Under the pieces are notes generated by a model that worked only from the letters and a program-made list of their open reading frames with translations, was not told where the DNA came from and made no database searches. A stretch of 32,000 nt of DNA from Wolbachia endosymbiont of Litomosoides sigmodontis (GTDB lineage Bacteria > Pseudomonadota > Alphaproteobacteria > Rickettsiales > Anaplasmataceae), in NCBI RefSeq assembly GCF_013365435.1, contig NZ_CP046577.1:240001-272000 (forward strand), written 5' to 3'. Position 1 is the stretch's first letter. The number at the start of each line of letters is the position of its first letter. Below, piece by piece: positions 9,346-19,198 of this stretch. A program made the position numbers and the translations under genes.

Positions 9346-10114
9346 AAAATAACCTTTCGTACAAATTTTCTATAAATTTGTACATGAAAAGAAATATATA
9401 ATAAACTAATAAATTTATTTGTGATTAAATAAGGAGTTTATTATAACTTACTTTAATTAATCTAGTCCATGTGTACAGATCTCTCTCGCCAAGATTGCTT
9501 TCAAAAAGACAAAAGATCCTTAATAGACAATAGAAGATATATATAAGTGAAAAATTGCTTAAATGTTCTTTCTTGCTTGATAAGTAAAATTATGGATTAT
9601 ATAACCGATTCTATTATATTGATACTCTTTCAATTACACTTCTACTAAATGATGCTTTCATTAATGAATTTTTATTTACTTCATTAAAGCGTGTATCAAA
9701 TAGATAGATATAAAACGACTATTAATCCAAGAATGTGTACTGAAAGGTGAATATATGTATGGTCATCTAATTTTAGATAAGACGAAATTTAATAGGCATA
9801 TACTAAGTTTCTTTTTATTTTACTCTTTGTTAACAAAACAATTCTCAGTTAAAACCTTCTGAAGGTTTATACAAGATTAAAGAGGTTCATATTAAGCTTA
9901 TACTTTATAATTTGAAATTAAGTATGTCAAGAAAGGAGTTATTGATTCTTAGTAAATAATCTGCTGTTACATAATCTATGAATCCTGTATAGAGTTTATG
10001 CTCTTAAATTATATAATATCTTAATCATAAAAATAATTTTCTATATAATATTTCAAATGTTTTAAAGCTTAAGTTTCATGTTATTATGAATATAGATTTT
10101 AACATATAAATAAT

Positions 10115-10735
10115 ATGATAAATATTAATACAAAAAAACAGATAACAGGATTTTTCGTATATATTATTGGCTTTTCGGGAAGTGGCAAGCTCTCTACAGC
10201 CATAGAATTATCCAATATGATAGATGCATTGATTGTGAACAGCAACTTTTCCAACAACACTCAAGCTTACTCCATATATGATAATGTTTTTGAGCGTGAT
10301 CATATCCATGAAGAAGTACAAAATAGAATATATAATATTGCACAAATTATGCTTCAGGTAATAGAAGCTTACCCAATTCATTCAAAAAATTATATATTCA
10401 TCGATGAATTGATGAAAAATAATGACCATAATATAAAGATGTATAACTCAGTAGTAGGGCTTAGTAAGAGGATGAACACAAAAATTCTTCCTATCGTGCT
10501 AAGGTGTGATCTGCTTACATTACAGAAGCGCATTAAATTAAAAAGGCAAAGGGAAAATAAGAAAGCCACTAATATAAGCAACATTATAGAGAACTTTAGG
10601 ACTCATAATTCGTTTATACCACCAAATGCTATAGAAATAGAAAACTCGAATATGGGTATAAAAGAAGTAGCCAAGAAAATAACAGGTCAGATGCACAAAC
10701 TTAGCCAGATTAATAGCATTTATGCAAAAGGATGA
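10115..10735 (+). CDS. P-loop kinase-like (AAA_33-type) hypothetical protein with atypical Walker A
   Basis: 206 aa. It has Walker A-like IIGFSGSGKLST (10169-10198), Walker B-like YIFIDEL, and a lid-like LRCDLLTLQKRIKLKRQR. The family assignment is by motif only. Confidence 0.55.
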   Translation: MININTKKQITGFFVYIIGFSGSGKLSTAIELSNMIDALIVNSNFSNNTQAYSIYDNVFERDHIHEEVQNRIYNIAQIMLQVIEAYPIHSKNYIFIDELMKNNDHNIKMYNSVVGLSKRMNTKILPIVLRCDLLTLQKRIKLKRQRENKKATNISNIIENFRTHNSFIPPNAIEIENSNMGIKEVAKKITGQMHKLSQINSIYAKG

Positions 10736-10736
10736 T

Positions 10737-11351
10737 CTATAATAATTTTATATACTGAGGCTCATTTAAATATAGAGCTTCAACTTCATTTAATTTTTGT
10801 TTATTTTTAAGTCTATAATGGACTAATAACCCTGCATGGCTAGCATCTAATTTTGGTAGATTGTAGTCCATATATGTAATGCAGTTATTGCCTGATGTTC
10901 CAGTGCTTAGACACTGGGCGCCATGCGCTGTAATTGGATTTGATAATGGCAATAAATTGTAATCAAATAACTGCGTATAAAATGTCTGAGAACTTTTGAT
11001 TATAGCTCTAATATTTTTTTTATTATTTGGACGAAGCGAAGATATTGCGTATGCTTGAACTTCTAATGCATTAACTCCATATAGTGGCTTATTCGTAGCG
11101 AGATTTAGACCTTTCGCAGCCGATATACCAACTCTAATTCCAGTGAAACTTCCCGGTCCAATTACTACCGCCAAATGGCCTAATTTATTATAGTTATAGT
11201 TGTACTTATTGAATAAAGTGTTCAAAATTTGAAAAAAAGATTCCGCATGACTATTGCTGGAGGAATTGCGCTCTACAAAACAATTACCATCTTGATCAAT
11301 AATTGCTATTGAACTGCTAGTACCTACGGTATCGATTGCTAGAATAGACAT
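10737..11351 (-). CDS. tsaB: tRNA threonylcarbamoyladenosine biosynthesis protein TsaB (YeaZ)
   Basis: 204 aa with ILAIDT...SIAI and VVIGPGSFTGIRVGISAAKGL, the signature of the TsaB/YeaZ family. Confidence 0.85.
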   Translation of the reverse strand: MSILAIDTVGTSSSIAIIDQDGNCFVERNSSSNSHAESFFQILNTLFNKYNYNYNKLGHLAVVIGPGSFTGIRVGISAAKGLNLATNKPLYGVNALEVQAYAISSLRPNNKKNIRAIIKSSQTFYTQLFDYNLLPLSNPITAHGAQCLSTGTSGNNCITYMDYNLPKLDASHAGLLVHYRLKNKQKLNEVEALYLNEPQYIKLL

Positions 11352-11770
11352 TGTTTAAATTTATCATAGAGTTTTATGAACATTATAGTAAAGGCACCAT
11401 TACTCATAACATTTGCTGAAGTTATTAATGGGTAAAATACTGCATATAATGCTGTGATGAACGAGAGTATTTTCTGAGAAGACTTAAGGTACTTTTTAAG
11501 AATAGGTAGCATTACCATAATTCTTTCTACCTGAACCGCAACAATAGCAAATTTAAATGACAAGAAATAGAGAAGGAAAGTTATATAGTTCATTGATGCA
11601 CAACCGGAAATGATTATCATTGATAATATTATAATAAAGAAGCAATCACTTACTAAGTGAAAGCCAACAATTATTGCTACTACAGATGTGGCCAGATTGG
11701 TTGCTTTACATTTTTTTTTGTTCCATTCGAGAATAAGTGGCATAGTTGCATTATTAGATATTGTACTCAT
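11339..11770 (-). CDS. hypothetical multi-pass membrane protein. It may be only the surviving 3' part of a larger decayed gene.
   Basis: 143-aa ORF with several hydrophobic segments. It overlaps the tsaB start by 13 nt. The upstream sequence continues the hydrophobic reading in another frame, with stops. Confidence 0.4.
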   Translation of the reverse strand: MSTISNNATMPLILEWNKKKCKATNLATSVVAIIVGFHLVSDCFFIIILSMIIISGCASMNYITFLLYFLSFKFAIVAVQVERIMVMLPILKKYLKSSQKILSFITALYAVFYPLITSANVMSNGAFTIMFIKLYDKFKQCLF

Positions 11771-12414
11771 TGAGATGATTAGGTGCTGTTATCATATTGC
11801 TTATGCTAGTATTCAGCTCGTGATCCTGAGTAAATTTATCGCTTCATATACAGAGAAGAATATATAAAGGTAATTGTAGATGTGATAATCACAAAGATTA
11901 TTGAGCGATTTTAAAATACTACAGATATAATCTGATTATGCTGCATTTTTAAAGCAAGATGAAGTGCAAATATTAAAATAATCACTATCAAGAGCACTTT
12001 TAGAATAAACAGAGTTAAATCTGGCATTTTGTGTGAGAACTCTTTGCTCTTTTTGGGTGGTAAAATAAGTGTTACTATACCGGATATAAGTCTGTAAACG
12101 AGAGTATAAAAGTTAAAAAATAGTGCACAGGTAGTGTAACCATCATAAGGAACAATTGTTTCTTTAATACGTTACATCTTCATTGAATAAGTGTTTTATA
12201 GAATAAAGCACCTGATTGAATAGGCTGTTAAACTTGAAGCCAGTTTTGATAAAAAGTTGTTATAATAATTAACAATATAAACTTTAGCTGATTGCTTGGG
12301 ATTATTAACACTACTAAAAATTAACGCAAAAACAATAAAAGGCATTATAAATAGCAAAATTTCTTTGATGTTAAGGTTAGTAATTGTAATGCGTCCTAAT
12401 ACAGCTCTATTCTA
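11771..12414 (-). pseudogene. decayed 5' portion of a polytopic membrane protein gene
   Basis: One minus-strand frame reads AVLGRITITNLNIKEILLFIMPFIVFALIF...LVYRLISGIVTLILPP...LFILKVLLIVIILIFALHLAL... with about seven stops. It is offset by one nucleotide from the 143-aa ORF. The readable frame stops at the IS5 remnant boundary. Confidence 0.4.
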
Positions 12415-12426
12415 TAAATAGAATGC

Positions 12427-12716
12427 GGTAAATTAGTTTTCAAGGAAGGCAAAACTATCTGAACTTCTGCAGAACACTATATCTATCTTGAACAATGGTT
12501 ATACAGGTAGTTCACCATCTTAAAAAGAGCTAAGATTATGATTTTTTTACTAAGATATGTAATAATTAGTTGTGTTAAAGGGGGAATTATGGCTGAAAGC
12601 AAAGTGCTCGTAAAGATAAAAATGAGTTCACTGAGGAGTGAAAAACATTTATTAGCAAGAGCAATTTGTTGAGTATATTCAGTGCTTTTCTAGGTGATTT
12701 TTAGAATGCAGTATCT
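12427..12716 (+). mobile_element. IS5-family (IS427/IS1031-like) transposase remnant, 5' part, interrupted by IS630 copy D
   Basis: Broken translation KLSELLQNTISILNNGYTGSSPS*KELRL...LVVLKGELWLKA resembles the N-terminal LSDxxWxxIxPLL...GRPxxxxR...LxTGxxWxxLP block of IS5-family transposases. Confidence 0.5.
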
Positions 12717-13598
12717 TATATTAATTCTCACTGTATAAGGAACGGATAAAAATAATGAAAAAGCACATATGTGAAAAACTAAGTGTTGTAATTGTAGCAA
12801 AAAAGCACAGTATAACAACCGTAGCAAAAATGTGTTGCATTTTAGATGCAGCACTGATTGCATAGATAAAGCACATTAAATTTTAAAGAGAAGAAAAATT
12901 ATTTGCCACATTAACGTTGTAAAAAAACTAGATTGGATCAGAATCAACTTAGGTAGGTTGAAGTATGAATACAAGAAAACTGTAATATTACTATTAAAAA
13001 AATTAAGAGCCAAGAATTTAGGAAAAACTTAGCTTGAATGTCAGCAAGACTACGGTATATTACCGTAATATGCAAAAAATGAAGTTTTTGTATATTACAC
13101 CAAGACCAATTTACAATGAACGAGATAGACAAGAAGAGTTAAAGAGGATTTAATGAAACTATTTGGTAAGTGCCCTGAATTAAGAGTTATTTTTCTTGAT
13201 AAATCACAGTTTATTACACATTCAAAAATTCGACATGAATGGTTTAAAAAGGGCATTGGAATGCAGGTTAAAGTAAAATTAAGTAGATAAAAATTTTTAT
13301 CTCTACAATGCAGTTAATCTAAGAATATGAAGAGAGTTATGGCTTATTTGCGACGAATGTCAACACTGATTGTATGAATATATTTCTTGAATAAATGTTG
13401 CAATACTCACCTAAGCTCAATCTTATTAAGAGGCTTTAGTTTCCATATAAAACAGAATATTTTGCATAGTAAAGTCTATAATACAATTGCTTAGCTTGAA
13501 AATATTCTACATTAATTTATTAACTCTTTCTTGTTCCCAATAAAACAACTCTGCAATGTTACTTAATTTTGACTTATTAACAATGAGAATTAGTATTA
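12717..13598 (+). mobile_element. IS630-family remnant, copy D (dead, with a 5' internal deletion)
   Basis: The 5' end is TATATTAATTCTCACTGTATAAGGAACGGATAAAAATAATG. Remnants include HTH AKKHSITTVAKM, then LSLNVSKTTVYYRNMQKMKFLYITPRPIYNERD and VIFLDKSQF (DES-block equivalent). The 3' terminus is GAGAATTAGTATTA. It contains many stops. Confidence 0.8.
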
Positions 13599-13603
13599 CT
13601 TGC

Positions 13604-13664
13604 TTTAATATGGCTTCTTTTCCATTATTATTTATCCGTTTCTTGTACAGTAGAAATTGGTATA
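13604..13664 (-). repeat. Inverted copy of the first ~60 nt of the IS630-like 5' end, directly behind copy D
   Basis: The reverse complement AATTATACCAATTTCTACTGTACAAGAAACGGATAAATAATAATGGAAAAGAAGC matches the copy D 5' end ...TTAATTCTCACTGTATAAGGAACGGATAAAAATAATGAAAAAGC. Confidence 0.7.
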
Positions 13665-13671
13665 ATTATGC

Positions 13672-13990
13672 AAAAGCTTTGGATTTGATAGATAGCGGAT
13701 ATATAGAAGCACTTATTGCTGATAAAGGCTACGATGTAAATTACGTAATTGAGGCAGCTTAAGGCTGTAACGTTAAACCTAATTATTCCATCACGTTCCA
13801 ATAGGAAAACATCAAGAGAATATAATAAGAAGTTATATAAAAGAATTTCTTTTTTTTAAGAAAATATTTAATAAAATCAAGCATTACTGTAGAAGTTGCC
13901 CTCATTAATAATAAGCGTGCTACAGTGTTTTATCATTTGTTCATTTTACTGGTATCCATCTCTTGATGGGATAGATGTCGACGCTACCTA
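13672..13990 (+). mobile_element. IS5-family transposase remnant, 3' part
   Basis: It reads EALIADKGYDVNYV... (the ADKGYD block), then with frameshifts KPNYSITFQ / NRK-like and ENIFNKIKHY...SFVHFTGIHLLMG. This corresponds to the IENFFxKIKxxRRIATRYDK...W tail of IS5-family DDE transposases. Confidence 0.65.
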
Positions 13991-14137
13991 AATCTAATAT
14001 ATCATTGCTGTAGGCTATGTTTGGTAATATAATCTCATATTAGATAGACGTTGCTTAAGTTTATGTCAGACTTTACTATAATTTTAATATCTGTCCTTAT
14101 ATTTTTTATTTTTGTATTATTGTTTCTTTCAAAAAAG

Positions 14138-16720
14138 ATGTTTTGGTCAACAAATGAAAGGATAATAAAATCCTTTAGAAAAATTGTTGAACAGATTAAT
14201 GTACTAGAGCCGGAAATGCAGAGTTTATCCGATGAGGAGCTTGCTGATAAAACTGAGAAGTTCAAACAAGAATTGAAAAATGGAAAAACATTAAATAATC
14301 TTCTTGTGCCTGCGTTTGCAGTTGTGCGTGAAGCATCTCGCAGATTTCTGAATATGAGACACTTTGATGTCCAACTAATTGGTGGAATGGTCCTTCATAA
14401 TGGTATGATATCAGAAATGAAAACAGGAGAGGGGAAGACGCTCGTTGCAACCTTAGCTGCATACCTAAATTCCTTAGAAGGAAAAGGGGTACATGTTGTG
14501 ACTGTTAATGACTACCTTGCAAAAAGAGATACAGAATGGATGAGAAGATTGTATAACTCTCTTGGAGTTTCTGTTGCATTTATCACGAATGATTTAACAG
14601 ATGAAGAAAGGAGAGAGGCTTATAGTGCAGATATCGTATATTCGACAAACAATGAGCTTGCTTTTGATTACTTGCGGGACAATATGAAATTTTCTCGAGA
14701 AGATATGGTTCAGAGAGGCTTCAATTATGTGATAGTAGATGAAGTAGATTCTATATTAATTGATGAAGCACGTACTCCACTTATTGTTTCTGGTCAAGTT
14801 GAGGAGAATAATCAAATATATAAGCACATAAACAAAATAGTTACTAAATTAATTGATTCTGATTATGAAGTAGATGAAAAGGGTAGGGCAGTATTTCTTA
14901 CTGAAGATGGTATTTCACGAGTAGAGGAACTACTCAGGTCATATAATATCATTTCTGAAAATTCCTCACTCTATGATGCTGGTAACATGATAATGACTCA
15001 TTATATAGACCAAGCATTACGTGCACATAAGCTATTCACTGCTGATAAAGATTATATAGTGAAGGATGGTAAAGTGGTAATTATTGATGAGTTTACTGGG
15101 CGTATGATGGAAGGCAGGAGATATTCTGATGGCCTTCATCAAGCACTTGAGGCAAAAGAGAATCTTGAAATTCAGCATGAAAACCAAACTTTAGCATCTG
15201 TCACGTTTCAGAATTACTTTCGTATGTACAGTAAGCTTTCTGGTATGACGGGAACAGCAGCAACAGAGGCAGAAGAATTTCGCGATATATATAGGCTAAA
15301 TGTAGTAAAAATTCCAACTAATGTACCTGTGCAGAGAATAGATGTTGATGATGAAATTTATGGTACAGAAAAAGAAAAATTTAATGCTGTGTTGAAGTTT
15401 ATAGAAGAATGTCATAAACGTCTTCAGCCTGTTCTTGTTGGTACGGTAAGCATTGAAAATTCTGAAAAACTTTCTGCACTTTTGCAAAATCATTCTCTTA
15501 GGCATTCAATATTGAACGCTCGTTATCACGAACAAGAAGCGTACATAATAGCACAAGCTGGAGTACCAGGTAATATCACCATAGCAACTAATATGGCAGG
15601 GCGTGGAACTGATATTCAGCTTGGAGGAAATGCTGAAATGATAGCAAAAGTGAAGCTGAAAAAGGTCAAAAATGCTGATGACAGAGAAAAAAAATACCAA
15701 GAAATAGTTGAGAAGGTAAAAAAGGATAAGGAAATTGCTATAAAAGCTGGCGGTTTATGTGTTATTGGAACTGAAAGACACGAAAGCAGGAGAATAGATG
15801 ATCAATTACGTGGCCGCTCTGGCCGTCAAGGTGATCCTGGGCTTTCTAAGTTCTTTTTATCGCTTGAAGATGATTTGATGAGAATATTTGGGTCTGATAG
15901 AATGAGAAGCTTTTTACAAAAAGTGGGACTAAAGAACGACGAAGCTATTCATCATCCATGGATCAATAGGGCACTAGAAAAAGCGCAGAAAAAAGTTGAA
16001 GCTAGAAACTATGGTGTGCGAAAATCCCTGCTTAAGTTTGATGACGTGATCAATAATCAACGCAAAGTTATTTTTGAACAGAGAAATCACATTTTAGGTA
16101 ATGAAGTCAATGATCTGTTTGAAGTGTATAGTGAAGTAAATGAGAGTGTGATAGAAAGTGTAGTACAAGGTGGTTATTACGAAGATTATGTTGAAGATAT
16201 AGCTAAGGAATTTTGTATGAGGTATGGTACAACATTTGATAAAAAAAACTTAGCGGAGTTTTTGAATAAACAAGAAATTTTGGATTATATGAATGGTAAG
16301 ATAAAAGAATTCTTTGCTGAGAAAGAGAAATATTTTAATAGTCAGCAAACTACGGATTTGTGGAATACTATAGTAAAGCAAGTGATGATTATGACACTTG
16401 ATCATTTATGGAGAGAACACCTTTCAATTTTAGAGAGCTTAAGGCAAAGCATAAGTTTACGTGCTATGGGGCAGAAGGACCCGCTGAATGAATTTAAACG
16501 TGAGGCTTTCTTGATGTTTGAGTCTATGCTTGAGAAGTGGAAGGAGCTTACCATTTACCGTCTAGCACACTTTAAGTTGGCAGATAGCCAAGAGGCAGAT
16601 GGTAGGTTCTGTCCTACTAGAAAAGACAATTTTCCGAAAGTCTCAAGAAATGATAAATGCCCTTGCAACTCGGGAAAAAAGTATAAACACTGCCACGGTA
16701 CGATTACTGTGGTGAATTAG
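14138..16720 (+). CDS. secA: preprotein translocase ATPase subunit SecA
   Basis: Whole-length SecA: [13 protein letters not shown] (Walker A), [19 protein letters not shown] (DEAD-like), [10 protein letters not shown], and the C-terminal zinc finger [14 protein letters not shown]. The start is uncertain: ATG 14138 ([13 protein letters not shown]) is conservative, while TTG 14120, ATG 14063 and TTG 14051 are in frame upstream. Confidence 0.95.
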   Translation: MFWSTNERIIKSFRKIVEQINVLEPEMQSLSDEELADKTEKFKQELKNGKTLNNLLVPAFAVVREASRRFLNMRHFDVQLIGGMVLHNGMISEMKTGEGKTLVATLAAYLNSLEGKGVHVVTVNDYLAKRDTEWMRRLYNSLGVSVAFITNDLTDEERREAYSADIVYSTNNELAFDYLRDNMKFSREDMVQRGFNYVIVDEVDSILIDEARTPLIVSGQVEENNQIYKHINKIVTKLIDSDYEVDEKGRAVFLTEDGISRVEELLRSYNIISENSSLYDAGNMIMTHYIDQALRAHKLFTADKDYIVKDGKVVIIDEFTGRMMEGRRYSDGLHQALEAKENLEIQHENQTLASVTFQNYFRMYSKLSGMTGTAATEAEEFRDIYRLNVVKIPTNVPVQRIDVDDEIYGTEKEKFNAVLKFIEECHKRLQPVLVGTVSIENSEKLSALLQNHSLRHSILNARYHEQEAYIIAQAGVPGNITIATNMAGRGTDIQLGGNAEMIAKVKLKKVKNADDREKKYQEIVEKVKKDKEIAIKAGGLCVIGTERHESRRIDDQLRGRSGRQGDPGLSKFFLSLEDDLMRIFGSDRMRSFLQKVGLKNDEAIHHPWINRALEKAQKKVEARNYGVRKSLLKFDDVINNQRKVIFEQRNHILGNEVNDLFEVYSEVNESVIESVVQGGYYEDYVEDIAKEFCMRYGTTFDKKNLAEFLNKQEILDYMNGKIKEFFAEKEKYFNSQQTTDLWNTIVKQVMIMTLDHLWREHLSILESLRQSISLRAMGQKDPLNEFKREAFLMFESMLEKWKELTIYRLAHFKLADSQEADGRFCPTRKDNFPKVSRNDKCPCNSGKKYKHCHGTITVVN

Positions 16721-16872
16721 TGACATTACTTGCTGCTTGCATATACTAATCTCTGTGTTTAATAAATTCTGTGGTTCCTCTTTTATTTTTTAGGAAATTT
16801 AAACTCTTTCTCTGATAATTTCATTAGTTTCTTGATTTATTTGATGCAATAGATATTTCAATTGCAGTTACA

Positions 16873-17061
16873 ATGAAAAGTACTGGTGCTGTAAGTCTTA
16901 TTGCTATTAAAGAATTTATTGCATTTGATAAAGACGATAAAGAGTTCACTTTAATTGTTGGAGCAATACTACTAACTGTAGCACTTCTGATAAACGAACC
17001 AGTTAGATATGTACTTCCTTTAATGTTAAATTACTTGCACAATAATTATTGCAAATTGTGA
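16873..17061 (+). CDS. hypothetical 62-aa ORF, doubtful
   Basis: This is the only ORF in the secA-to-IS spacer. It has one hydrophobic segment (LIVGAILLTVALLI), no visible RBS and no similarity I recognise. Confidence 0.15.
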   Translation: MKSTGAVSLIAIKEFIAFDKDDKEFTLIVGAILLTVALLINEPVRYVLPLMLNYLHNNYCKL

Positions 17062-17230
17062 ATTAGAATAAGAATGTTTCTATGAAAATTGCGATTAATG
17101 ATATCTATTTAGCGGAGTGGTATAATAAGATGAATAAAGTAGTATGATGAAAGTAATGATAGAGCAAAAGTAAGGTAATAAAATTAATCTTTTATGACTC
17201 TGCAAAATCCGGGGTGAAGAATAGCAAAAT

Positions 17231-18056
17231 TATACCAATTTCCCTTGATTTAAGAAAAGGACAGACAATGATAGAAAAGAAACTATGCTGAAGCAAGTGA
17301 AATAGCGAGGTAAAAATGGTATTGAAATTAAAATTATTGAATGGAAAAGCTGTGGAATCAGCGAAAGAAATGCTGAAGAAAGTGCGAAATAATGTATATG
17401 TTGCAAAAAATTAAGTGTTAAAGTTTAGAAGAGGGGGAAAATGCTGTAATTGTGGCAAAAAAGAAGCATAGTATAACAGCTGTAACTGTATGGATAAATT
17501 GTTTGCTTGGCTCTTAATATTGTAAAAAACTAAATTTGAATCAGAATTAATTTGAATAAGTTGGAGTATAGATGCAAGGAAATTCTAACGTTAAAGAAAT
17601 GAGAATAAGAGTCCAGGAAAAATTTGATTTAAATGTCAACAAGTCTATAGTATGCTGTGATATGCAAAAAATGAAGCTTTCGTATATTGCGCCAAGACTG
17701 ATTCACAATGAACAAGGTAATGGTAAACAATGAAGAGTTTAAAAAATTAATGAAACTAAAGTGCAGTTAATCCTAAAAGTAGAAAGAGTTTCAGCTTATT
17801 TACGCTTAATGTTAACACTTATTCACAATATTTAGGAATGCGAGAAAGTTTTTTGCATGGATTGTGCTAGTTGAAATAGGTTAAAAAACTCAAAAGTATC
17901 TAAAAATATCAGGATTATATAACTATTACTATGCTCATTTAAGGTCTTTCTTAATTGAGAGACTTTTTAATTGTATGTAAAACAGAACATTTTGCGTAAT
18001 AAAATTTATAATATAAATGTCACTTATTTGACCCACTACCAATAAAAATTGGTATC
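17231..18056 (+). mobile_element. IS630-family remnant, copy E (dead)
   Basis: The 5' end is TATACCAATTTCCCTTGATTTAAGAAAAGGACAGACAATG and the N-terminal remnant starts ATGGTATTGAAATTAAAATTATTGAATGG. It is collinear with the other copies through AAAACAGAACATTTTGCGTAAT to the 3' terminus AAAAATTGGTATCA. It is heavily deleted and full of stops. Confidence 0.8.
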
Positions 18057-18079
18057 ATTTCTTTAGTGATGATATTAGG

Positions 18080-18268
18080 CTTTTTCTTGTGTCCATACTC
18101 CAGTTTGCTCAGATTGATTCTGATTTAATGCAGTTAGTGCTGTTCTTGAGATGCAACATATTTTTGTTACGGCTATTATACTATACTTTTTGCTGCGATT
18201 ACAGCATTTAGTTTTTTTTGCAACATATGCGTATTTCACACTTTCTTCAGTATTTTCTTTCTGATTCT
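18080..18268 (-). repeat. Inverted partial internal/5' segment of the IS630-like element behind copy E
   Basis: 18145-18268 (GATGCAACATATTTTTGTTACGGCTATTATACTATAC...GCAACATATGCGTATTTCACACTTTCTTCAG) matches 5431-5560 and 7878-7990 in the same orientation. 18085-18130 matches 7735-7790. Confidence 0.7.
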
Positions 18269-18437
18269 AAGGTTGGCTCAGATGTTCAGTTAAACCATAT
18301 GAGAGGTATCATAATTTCGCTGTTTTTGGCTAATTCAGTGTAATTCTAGCTAGCGCTGAAGTTGTAAACACCTTTCGTTAATGTTAGTTTAATCTTTATT
18401 ATATATGATATAGCTAGTGAAAATTTTAACTAATCTA

Positions 18438-19198
18438 TGAATGATGATTATCTTTTTGAAAAAGGAAATAATAATAGTAAAAAAATAATGATGATAGAAG
18501 AGAATCTAAAAATGAAGGTCATCTAGATCAAAAAGAGCAATACGAAGAGAAAGATATAGTACAGTATGTTCAAACTATTTAAAAGCCTTTGCTTGGACGT
18601 TTTGAATCAAGTTGATGAAGGAATAGATGATCTGGATAGTTGGAAAGGACTATGCAAATAAAGCGAAGTATAGATAAGTTTATAGAATTTTAGTATAATC
18701 AGGTGGCATCTGAGGATATTGATGCAGAATTTGAGATTGCACAGTGTGCTTGTGATAAATCAGAGCCTATAATTAAAGAATCATGAAAAAGTGGAGAAAG
18801 CAAATGTATGAAGGAAGTATTAAGTAATGTGTTTGCTCAGTAACAAAAGAGCTAATAAATGTTAAGCATTTAAATTATGGATATGAGGCAGCGAATAATA
18901 GAGATGTTCATGAAATAAAGAAACGAATGAAGTCTTTAATTTAAGGAGGGTGTTGTTTTCAGTTATTGCTCATAGAATAGATCCGAGAAGAAGAGCAAGG
19001 GGAAAAACTGTTGGTAATAATGGAAGATAAGCTCGTATACGTGATGAAAAGGTAATTAGAGAAGATCTGGATGTGTTATTGAAAATGTTCTTAATTGCAG
19101 TTACTACTGTTGTGTGTGAAATTGCTAAGCTACTTCAGCGTGCTAGTAAATTAGAGACATCTTTTGTAAAACAAGTTGAAAAAAAAGTGAGGATATAG
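18438..19198 (+). pseudogene. unidentified decayed coding region (gene debris)
   Basis: The composition is coding-like and purine-rich, with open stretches of 30-55 codons (for example ARIRDEKVIREDLDVLLKMFLIAVTTVVCEIAKLLQRASKLETSFVKQVEKKVRI*) interrupted by many stops. There is no ORF of 60 aa or more, and I recognise no family. Confidence 0.25.

Noticed and set aside
12410-12425. ATTCTAT-AA-ATAGAAT palindrome at the boundary of the membrane pseudogene and the IS5 remnant, as a possible IS terminal repeat or protein-binding site.
   Set aside because: A 7-bp AT-only inverted repeat is expected by chance. It does not match the opposite IS5 end (…GTCGACGCTACC at about 13978-13989).
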